Below, piece after piece: positions 34,749 through 42,278 of a stretch of 63,913 bases of DNA (its first letter is position 1; each line of letters opens with the position of its first letter). The notes beneath the pieces are model-generated. The model was not told where the DNA came from. It ran no database searches and saw only the letters and a list, made by a program, of their open reading frames with translations. Both the position numbers and the translations under genes were made by a program. This DNA comes from an uncultured Gammaproteobacteria bacterium (GTDB taxonomy: Bacteria; Patescibacteriota; Patescibacteriia; UBA9934; GWF2-40-263). The stretch spans positions 1 to 63,913 of the forward strand of contig CAYJWY010000001.1 of assembly GCA_964374035.1 (NCBI GenBank). Reading direction: 5' to 3'.

Positions 34749-36335
34749 TTACGTGGGTAGATTTGGAGGAACAAACGTTTCATCTTGTTGTGTCGGCGAT
34801 GTAAGCGTTGGCAAAAATTCTGCCGGAGGCATGGGTGGTTCACTCGCCGGAACTTCTGCTTTGGGTACATCCATCGTGAGAAGAGGCGTGTGTGACACTT
34901 CTTGCTCTTGCGTTGCAAATGACGCAAGAGCGTTGTCTTCAAACGTAAACGGAAGTCCAAACGGCGGCTCGGCTCGTTTTGATTCGGATTTTTTGATGAG
35001 TGGAGCCTTGATACTGATTGTGGGGAAATGCCACAACGTTGCAAGTTCCTCCGCATTCAAAAACTTTGGTTGTGCGCCAACAGCAAAGCTACGCCGACAA
35101 TACGCACCCATGAGCGTCTTTTGTTTTTTTGTATACGACCAACGCATCCAAAAATAATCGTCCTTTGGAACCTGTGGAATAAAAAGAGTGAATTTGTTGA
35201 ACTGGAGATGAGAAAACTGATTCAAGATTCCCTTCACAATGCCCGTGCGTTCAACTTTTGCATACACCTCCTTCTTGGCGATGTAAAGAATACGAATTTT
35301 TGTTCCAAGCCCAACCTTCGAAGTCTTACGAAAAATGGCTTTTGCTTCCTCAATGTCTCGAACCGAAAGTTTAAACGCTTTAAACGGATCCTCCTCGGCT
35401 TTTGCGTGAGCTCCAAATAAGGTTCCTAAAATACTGAAATTTGTGGCATGCTCAATGAGCCCACTGGGGATATCCAGAATGGGTGTTAACGCAGACTCGA
35501 TAAAACCTTTCTTTGATTTTTCCGGAATGCCGTAAATTTCGTTAATCCGCTTCACACCGTCCTTGATCCAATCGTTGGATGATGGTTGAACAAGATACTG
35601 AATCCAAAAATGTTCACCCGGGCGCATCTTCGCCATTTGTTCGAGCGTAAAGCCAAGCGGATCCTTGATTTCCTGTGTCATGGAGTCTTCAAAATCGACG
35701 TAGGTGCGAATCGGATGATAGGAAGGTCCATCAAGCGTCATCTCTGATCCCCACATTTCATACGTATTGTTTGGGAACTCCTTGGGAAACTTTGTTGTGT
35801 AATCCTCCACCTCGGAAATTTCCGCATCGGGATAGTGCGCGTAAATACCGGCCTCGAGAATGTCTCGGAAGCGTGTCTGGCAACGTATCAAAAATTGAAT
35901 GTAGCCTTCAGAAGAAATCATTTCAAAAGAAAATGTGGGATGAAATCTTCCTAAAATCCATTTCTCTTTCCAGGTCAGTGAAGATTTACATCCATAAATG
36001 GTGGCAAACAAATTCTCAAGCGCTTTTGGGGTTTGTTCGGTCATGGATGGAACATCGATCGCAAGCAGGATATGTTTGAGCTTTCCGGCAGTTTTTCCTT
36101 GTTGATAATTCACCCATATCTGAATGAAGCCCCAAATAAACGTGATCGCAATCGGAATCCAACCAAACCAAACAAGGATGTCAAAAAGTACAATGTCCAG
36201 TGGACGCGAAAAGAATCCCAAATTTACGAGACTCGACGAACTGTTTGCAGTCTCTGCGACAATCGGAATGCCAAGAAGTGAAAACATAGTGACCCAAACA
36301 CTATACCAAAAAAACAACGCAACGTCTCGAGTCAT
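34749..36335 (-). CDS. large membrane protein partnered with the VirD4-like ATPase
   Basis: Two or three N-terminal TM helices and a soluble domain of about 400 aa. It abuts secF (0-nt gap) and the ATPase (2-nt gap). Confidence 0.55.
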   Translation of the reverse strand: MTRDVALFFWYSVWVTMFSLLGIPIVAETANSSSSLVNLGFFSRPLDIVLFDILVWFGWIPIAITFIWGFIQIWVNYQQGKTAGKLKHILLAIDVPSMTEQTPKALENLFATIYGCKSSLTWKEKWILGRFHPTFSFEMISSEGYIQFLIRCQTRFRDILEAGIYAHYPDAEISEVEDYTTKFPKEFPNNTYEMWGSEMTLDGPSYHPIRTYVDFEDSMTQEIKDPLGFTLEQMAKMRPGEHFWIQYLVQPSSNDWIKDGVKRINEIYGIPEKSKKGFIESALTPILDIPSGLIEHATNFSILGTLFGAHAKAEEDPFKAFKLSVRDIEEAKAIFRKTSKVGLGTKIRILYIAKKEVYAKVERTGIVKGILNQFSHLQFNKFTLFIPQVPKDDYFWMRWSYTKKQKTLMGAYCRRSFAVGAQPKFLNAEELATLWHFPTISIKAPLIKKSESKRAEPPFGLPFTFEDNALASFATQEQEVSHTPLLTMDVPKAEVPASEPPMPPAEFLPTLTSPTQQDETFVPPNLPT

Positions 36336-37235
36336 CTACGTTTGGTTTGAATGCTTCTTCCACAAGTTCCACGAAACAAGCAACGGACTTGCAAAGAAAA
36401 TCGACGAGTAGGTTCCAACCGCAATGCCGATGATCAAGACCAGCGCGAATGGGCGCGTACTTTCACCTCCGAAAAGGAAAACCGCCAGCAGGGCAAGGAT
36501 GGTTGTCAGGCTGGTGCTTAGCGATCGTGTAAGCGTTTGATGAATGCTCAATTCCACGGTTTCTTCAAAATGCTCTTCTGCCTGTCGAATCAAATTCTCT
36601 CGTGTGCGATCGAACAGAATAACCGTGTCGTTAATCGAATAACCCAGTATGGTTAAAATGGCCGCGACGAACGCTGTGCCAATCTCCCAGTTGAAAAGAT
36701 AACCAAAGAGCGCAATAAATCCGACGGTTACCACAATGTCGTGGATGGAACACAAAATGGTAATGACGCCGTATTTCCAAGATTCCACTGACGAGGTGAC
36801 CTTTCGAAAGGCCCAGGCAATGTACAGACCAATGAGCACAAGGGTGATGAGCACACCAAGCATCGCTGTCTTTCGAAGTTCGTTTCCCACAACCGGACCA
36901 ATCGAGTCGAACTGTCGCTCTTCTACAACTCCTAATGTTTGTAATGCTTCAAGAATCTTCTGATGTTCTTCTTCTGTAAGATTTTTTGTGCGAAGCAGAA
37001 AGCCGTTCTGTTCTGTATCCTGAAAAGAAACCTCTGTGAAGCCAGCGGCTTCAAGTGTTGAGCGCAAATCCGTGCTCTCAATGGTTTGATCAAAACGAAC
37101 AGACAGGAGGCTTCCACCGGTAAAATCAATACCAAACCTGAGCCCGAAGATCATCATAAAGATAAGACTACCGGCAATCAACACTGTCGAGATCGCGTAC
37201 CAAATCCTTCGATGTTTGATGAAATGTACCTTCAT
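36336..37235 (-). CDS. secF: protein translocase subunit SecF
   Basis: GIDFTGGSLL, six TM helices and SINDTVILFDRTREN. Confidence 0.9.
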   Translation of the reverse strand: MKVHFIKHRRIWYAISTVLIAGSLIFMMIFGLRFGIDFTGGSLLSVRFDQTIESTDLRSTLEAAGFTEVSFQDTEQNGFLLRTKNLTEEEHQKILEALQTLGVVEERQFDSIGPVVGNELRKTAMLGVLITLVLIGLYIAWAFRKVTSSVESWKYGVITILCSIHDIVVTVGFIALFGYLFNWEIGTAFVAAILTILGYSINDTVILFDRTRENLIRQAEEHFEETVELSIHQTLTRSLSTSLTTILALLAVFLFGGESTRPFALVLIIGIAVGTYSSIFFASPLLVSWNLWKKHSNQT

Positions 37236-37239
37236 ACGG

Positions 37240-39288
37240 CTACGACTTTTTTACATTAAAGAGAGAGGGCTTTTGGAACATCTTCCATTGCAACAAGCTC
37301 ATTGAGTACACACGCGCAACCGTGATTGCAGAGAACATGCTTAACAACACACCGATGGAAAGCGTCAACGCAAAGCCACGGATAAAACTTGAGCTAAACC
37401 AATACAAGACAACAGCGGCAATCAGCGTGGTGAGATTTCCGTCGCGGATGGCGTTCCATGCACGACGAAAAGCTTCGTCAAGCGCGGAGAGATATCCGCG
37501 ACCCGCACTCAATTCTTCTTTGAAGCGTTCAATAATAAGAACGTTTGCGTCTACAGCAATACCAAGCGACAAAACAAATCCGGCAATGCCTGCAAGTGTT
37601 ATCGTGACGTCAAACAAGCGATACATGGCCAGGTTAAGTGACGCGAAAAAGAATAACGCAATGACGGCAATGAATCCTGCAAATCGATATACGACGACCA
37701 TGTAAATCGCAACAAACAAAAATCCGTAAAGCGCGGCGGTAACACTCTGTTGCAAAGAGACGATGCCGAGTGTTGGTCCGATACGTTGCTGGGAGAGAAG
37801 ATTCACAGGAACAGGAAGCGCACCCGCGTTGAGACGCTGAGCAAGGAGCTTGGATTCTTCGATCGTGAAGTTGCCGGTAATCACAGCCTGTCCACCGTAA
37901 ATCGCGGTTTGGACAACCGGAGCCGAGATGACTTGGCCATCGAGAAATATACCGATTGGCTGTCCGACAAGAGATGTGGTCAGGGCACCGAATAAATCGC
38001 CGCCCTCTTTATCAAACTGAATGGAAACAAGCGGAGCGTTCGTATTGGGATCAAATTGAACGGTTGCACTCTGCAAATGCTTTCCGGAAAGCTCTGTATT
38101 CACCCAAGGTGAGCTTGGCGGCAGGATGTCGAACTCATTGGAACGTGGCAGGACGATGCGTTTGATATCGTATGTCACGGCATCACGCTCGTCAGATTTG
38201 TAAATGATGTGATAACCGAATTCGGTTTCGATCGAGGTCGTTGTGATCTCACCCTTAACCAATGCGGCGGCGGCCAAACGAAACGCATCAACGTATCGAC
38301 TTCCCATCGCCCATCCAAGATCACCACCGTTTGTCACGGCGGAAGGATCGTTTGATTTCTCTTTTGCAATCTGTGCAAAGTTTTCAGGCGTGACTTCCTT
38401 TAAGATCGTTTGGATTTGCAGAGATGCATCGAGATCGGAAATGGGATTTTCACACCCCGTCTTTCCTTCAAAACAAATCAGAATGTGAGAAAGTTTCATT
38501 TCTTTTTCAATCTTCTGGTCGTCGAGTCGTAAGATGTTAAATCCGTCGGACGTTTCAACGATCGTGCGGTTCACCTGACCTTTTTTCAACCTAGACGTTT
38601 TGATTGAATCCACAAACGGGGATCCTGCTTCGTCAGCTGTGACACCTTTTAAGATGCCGCGCTGTTCGTTCTGCGGTTCGATGGTGTTTTCCGCGAGCAA
38701 TGCGTCGAAATCCTCACCCTGTAACGCGCGAGCCAGAACAGCATCGGCTTGCTTACGCTCCGCAAGATTGCGCGCAGAAAGATCAGCCTTCTCTTCTGCG
38801 GTAAGATCACGTTCTAATTGTTGACCTTGCTTCTTAAATTCCAGCACCGGTGTTTCTCCAATTTGCGCGATGGCGTCAGATACATTCAACACACCCGCGA
38901 GTTCAACAATCACTCGATAGGTTCCACCCGTTGAGGTCGTCTGCACAATTGGTTCAGAAACACCAAAAGCATTCACGCGACGTTCGATGACATCGCGAAC
39001 ACCCTCGAGGGCTTCACCTTTTTGTGTTTCTGGAATCTGTTTCATGTCGGCCTCATAAATGAGATGTGTGCCACCTTGAAGATCTAGCCCCAAACGAAAC
39101 GGACGCTCTGGAAGTTTCACCATTTGTGGGATGGCAAGGCGATCCACGACCTGATTCCATACGCCTGGAAAGTCATAGACAAATAAACCTAGGGTCGAAA
39201 ACAGAAAAAAAATAGCCAGAACTCGCGCGGTCCAGGGCTTGTGTTCCTTCTTTTTTTGAGCCTTTTTCTTTACTTTCCATGTTTGCAT
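37240..39288 (-). CDS. secD: protein translocase subunit SecD with an inserted parvulin-type PPIase module
   Basis: The SecD framing is LGLDLQGGTHLIYEA, RVNAFGVSEPIVQ and the C-terminal six-TM SecD/F core. Residues ~155-395 are extra and contain HILI...GGDLGW...FGYHIIYK. Confidence 0.85.
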   Translation of the reverse strand: MQTWKVKKKAQKKKEHKPWTARVLAIFFLFSTLGLFVYDFPGVWNQVVDRLAIPQMVKLPERPFRLGLDLQGGTHLIYEADMKQIPETQKGEALEGVRDVIERRVNAFGVSEPIVQTTSTGGTYRVIVELAGVLNVSDAIAQIGETPVLEFKKQGQQLERDLTAEEKADLSARNLAERKQADAVLARALQGEDFDALLAENTIEPQNEQRGILKGVTADEAGSPFVDSIKTSRLKKGQVNRTIVETSDGFNILRLDDQKIEKEMKLSHILICFEGKTGCENPISDLDASLQIQTILKEVTPENFAQIAKEKSNDPSAVTNGGDLGWAMGSRYVDAFRLAAAALVKGEITTTSIETEFGYHIIYKSDERDAVTYDIKRIVLPRSNEFDILPPSSPWVNTELSGKHLQSATVQFDPNTNAPLVSIQFDKEGGDLFGALTTSLVGQPIGIFLDGQVISAPVVQTAIYGGQAVITGNFTIEESKLLAQRLNAGALPVPVNLLSQQRIGPTLGIVSLQQSVTAALYGFLFVAIYMVVVYRFAGFIAVIALFFFASLNLAMYRLFDVTITLAGIAGFVLSLGIAVDANVLIIERFKEELSAGRGYLSALDEAFRRAWNAIRDGNLTTLIAAVVLYWFSSSFIRGFALTLSIGVLLSMFSAITVARVYSMSLLQWKMFQKPSLFNVKKS
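38191..38499 (-). other. parvulin (PpiC/PrsA/SurA-type) rotamase domain embedded in SecD
   Basis: KLSHILICFEG...FAQIAKEKSNDPSAVTNGGDLGWAMGSRYVDAF...GEITTTSIETEFGYHIIYKSDE matches the rotamase consensus position by position. Confidence 0.8.
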
Positions 39289-39359
39289 ACAAGATGGTCA
39301 ATCAATCAAAAAAACGCGGTTAGTGTAAGCATTCGAGGCAATTCTCGCAAGTGGACAGC

Positions 39360-39656
39360 TTACTCACCCAATTCTTCCATCTGCACGTCACCCTGGATGA
39401 TGTTTAAAAATACCTCGCGCATTTTCGACGATTCTGGTCTGGCTGTTATCTCTCGCTCGATCCGATCGGCCTCTTGTTTGGAAGGATATATAACAATCTC
39501 CTCAATAAACATAGTCCCACCTATCTTTCGAGTCGGACTCTGTTGAAACGAGACATCTTTATAGGCCGCATACATCCGATTCGATTCACGCGACAATATT
39601 AACCAACCTGCATAGTCCTTTTCCAAAATGTGATAACGAAAAAACTTTGTAAGCAT
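39360..39656 (-). CDS. hypothetical protein (98 aa)
   Basis: The ORF lies downstream of the RAYT-like gene. The tracked N-terminal extension is translation of the REP hairpins, so the ATG at 39656 is preferred. Confidence 0.35.
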   Translation of the reverse strand: MLTKFFRYHILEKDYAGWLILSRESNRMYAAYKDVSFQQSPTRKIGGTMFIEEIVIYPSKQEADRIEREITARPESSKMREVFLNIIQGDVQMEELGE

Positions 39657-39660
39657 AGCA

Positions 39661-39710
39661 ATATCGCTACCCGGTAGCGAGTAGATCTTATCGCTACCGG
39701 GTAGCGATAT
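39661..39710. repeat. pair of REP-like hairpins (inverted pair) 3' of the RAYT-like gene
   Basis: atatcgctacCCGgtagcga (39661..39680) and its exact reverse complement tcgctacCGGgtagcgatat (39691..39710), separated by 10 nt. Confidence 0.85.
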
Positions 39711-40389
39711 CTTCAATTAATTCTGGGTATGAGTTGCGTACTGACCACAATTGAAGTGCTTGCGTGTAGTCATGAGTCGACCTAAACATCTTGTTGGCAA
39801 GTTCAGCATTAACAATTGGCAACGTTTGACCGAAACCGCGAAAAAACGTGTGGCTTGACCACGGATAATGATCCATCATGTTAAGTGCGTCAAACCAGTT
39901 CGTAACAATGCCATCTCTCCAGGAATGCCCAGTTAGATCTAAAATATTCAGGTGAATATACAAGATGATATATTCAAAATATGCCTCGTTATTTATATGT
40001 TTAGCGTAAAATCTTCCCTCAAACATGGTTCCCTTTCGATCATTGGCGTGATTGTAAGACCAACTATAGGCCTTATTTACTTTGTGGAGAAATTTAGAAA
40101 TGCCTCCGTCCTGTTCTTGACGTAAAAGAAAGTGATAATGATTTGGTAATAATGTCCAGCTAACAATTGATACAAATTGCTCTCGATCAATATCGAAAAG
40201 ATGGTGGCCTGTAATTTTTGCGATTTTCTCGAATGGGTCACCTGAGTGACGATACTTTGAATCATTAAAAAGATAGAGTGATTCGACAAAGCGTTGGTAA
40301 TCGCCGCTACAGTCAAAAATGCGTCGCTTGTCCACGCCACGCAGATACACATGGTAATACTCACCATTTACGAAAGAAATCTCTCTCAT
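39694..40389 (-). mobile_element. IS200/IS605-like Y1 (HUH) transposase, REP-associated (RAYT-like)
   Basis: The HUH motif is LLPNHYHFLL. The C-terminal region FEGRFYAKHI...YFEYIILYIHLN contains the candidate catalytic Tyr. No tnpB is present, and the gene is flanked on both sides by paired hairpins. Confidence 0.7.
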
Positions 40390-40410
40390 AATAAAATTTC
40401 TATCTCCACC

Positions 40411-40460
40411 CCGCTACCCGGTAGCGATATGAATGTTATTCGCTACCGGGTAGCGATATT
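40411..40460. repeat. pair of REP-like hairpins 5' of the RAYT-like gene
   Basis: ccgctacCCGgtagcgatat (40411..40430) and tcgctacCGGgtagcgatatt (40440..40460). The core is the same as at 39661..39710. Confidence 0.85.
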
Positions 40461-40527
40461 TTAATTTCACATGATTTGACTGTACTGGATAACTATAGCA
40501 CTTCTGCGTGGGATCTTTAAGCTGAAA

Positions 40528-40536
40528 TGGTATAAT
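40528..40536 (+). promoter_or_regulatory. extended -10 promoter element (TGgTATAAT) for the NRAMP gene
   Basis: TGGTATAAT ends 15 nt before the ATG at 40552. This implies a very short leader without a Shine-Dalgarno sequence. Confidence 0.4.
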
Positions 40537-40551
40537 CAGAAACATCGCTCT

Positions 40552-41808
40552 ATGAAAAGAAGAACGTTTTTCAAACGCCTTGGCCCGGGATTCATCACTG
40601 GCGCCGCTGATGATGATCCGTCGGGAATCGCAACCTATTCGCAAACCGGTGTGCAGTTTGGATATGGACAGCTGTGGACATCTCTGTTTTCGTTTCCGTT
40701 CATGGCCGCTGTGCAAGAAATGTGTGGACGTATTGGTATGGTGACGGGTAATGGGCTGTCCGGTGTTCTTAGAAAACATTATCCTCGAAGCATTCTTGGC
40801 GTCGCCGTCATCCTTCTTGTGAGCGCAAACACCATCAATATCGGCGCTAATCTTGGAGCGATGGCCTCAGCGGTTCAGCTCGTCTTTGGCCTTCCGTTTG
40901 TCTTCTTACTCTTTGTGCTCACCGTGATCACGATCCTTCTTCAAGTCTTCATTTCTTATGAAAAATATGCAGGGTTCCTCAAATACCTCACGCTTTCTCT
41001 GTTCGCTTACATCATCGTTGCGCTCATGGTGAAACAGGATTGGAATCTGATCCTGACATCAACCTTTCTTCCCTCGTTTTCGTGGAGCAAGGACTACATG
41101 CTCAATATCGTCGCGATCTTTGGAACAACCATCTCGCCCTACCTTTTTTTCTGGCAGGCCGACCAAGAAGTCGAGCAAGAAATTGAAAAACATCAACTCA
41201 CCGGCATCGGCGAAGGTCGACCGAAGATCAACATGATCGACATCAAGAACATGCGCGCCGACACATTCTTTGGGATGTTCTTCTCAAACCTCGTGATGTT
41301 TTTCATTATGATCACCGCCGCGTCAACACTTCGATCAGCAGGAATCACCCAAATCGACACAGCGGCTCAGGCCGCTGAGGCCTTGCGACCACTGGCTGGC
41401 AATTTCAGCTTTTTGCTCTTCTCATTGGGGATTCTTGGAACCGGTCTGCTTGCGGTACCCATTCTTGCAGGTTCTGCGTCGTATGCTGTTTCAGAAGGCC
41501 TTGGGTGGAAAAGCGGCCTCAGTCGTACATTCAAGGACGCTCACGGATTTTACGGTGTCATCGCACTTGCCACGCTCGTCGGACTTCTTGTGAATTTCAT
41601 CGGCGTGCCACCGTTCAAAATGTTGTACTACACCGCCGTATTCAACGGCCTTGCCGCACCTGGGCTCCTCGTCCTGATTCTTCTGATTTCGAATAACAAA
41701 AAAATCATGGGCAAACACACAAACGGCCCAATCTCAAACATCTTGGGCATCGTCATTACGACAATCATGTTTGTCGCAGGCGTGATGTTGCTTGTGTGGT
41801 CGTCATAA
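40552..41808 (+). CDS. mntH: NRAMP-family divalent metal transporter
   Basis: GPGFITGAADDDPSGIATYSQTG is the NRAMP signature, and there are about 11 TM helices. Confidence 0.8.
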   Translation: MKRRTFFKRLGPGFITGAADDDPSGIATYSQTGVQFGYGQLWTSLFSFPFMAAVQEMCGRIGMVTGNGLSGVLRKHYPRSILGVAVILLVSANTINIGANLGAMASAVQLVFGLPFVFLLFVLTVITILLQVFISYEKYAGFLKYLTLSLFAYIIVALMVKQDWNLILTSTFLPSFSWSKDYMLNIVAIFGTTISPYLFFWQADQEVEQEIEKHQLTGIGEGRPKINMIDIKNMRADTFFGMFFSNLVMFFIMITAASTLRSAGITQIDTAAQAAEALRPLAGNFSFLLFSLGILGTGLLAVPILAGSASYAVSEGLGWKSGLSRTFKDAHGFYGVIALATLVGLLVNFIGVPPFKMLYYTAVFNGLAAPGLLVLILLISNNKKIMGKHTNGPISNILGIVITTIMFVAGVMLLVWSS

Positions 41809-41852
41809 CGACGGCATCCGAACTGTCACAGATACGATCGTTTGTGAGATGG

Positions 41853-42236
41853 TCAACGGATCTGGGTGGTAATCGATAGCAATGGTGTCTCGATAAATTG
41901 ATAGACGATCGTCACCTGCACAAGAAGCAGTGCCCAAACAACAATCTGAAACGAGAGCTTTCTACGTTTGTGTCGAAGCACGTAGATGGCCGCAAGCATG
42001 CCAAGCGAACCGCCAAAAAACGTCATGATATAGAGGGATCGCTCTGAGATGCGTCTGTCCCCTGTTCTCGCCTGCACTTTGTCGACAAGCATGACGAGAA
42101 AGGTTGCCATTGTGAGGGCGATGAACACACACAACCAAAACGGGAAGTCGACGAACCAAACAAATCCAATAGACAAGACAATCGCGATGATGGCCCAGAG
42201 GAGGAGGCCTTGTTGGTCTGCTTTTCTAAGTAACAT
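41853..42236 (-). CDS. DUF1294 membrane protein
   Basis: MLVDKVQARTGDRRISERSLYIMTFFGGSLGMLAAIYVLRHKRRKLSF matches the DUF1294 pattern. Confidence 0.7.
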   Translation of the reverse strand: MLLRKADQQGLLLWAIIAIVLSIGFVWFVDFPFWLCVFIALTMATFLVMLVDKVQARTGDRRISERSLYIMTFFGGSLGMLAAIYVLRHKRRKLSFQIVVWALLLVQVTIVYQFIETPLLSITTQIR

Positions 42237-42278
42237 TGGTGAAAGTATATCACAAAACCGCCTGAGGGCGGTTTTGAT

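Noticed and set aside
39661-40460. The regularly repeated GCTACCSGGTAGC units were considered as a possible mini CRISPR array, given a Cas2-fold gene elsewhere in the window.
   Set aside because: There are only two units per side, in inverted orientation, with 9-10-nt spacers, flanking an HUH transposase. This is REP/RAYT architecture, not a CRISPR array. The Cas2-fold gene at 56142 has no array.
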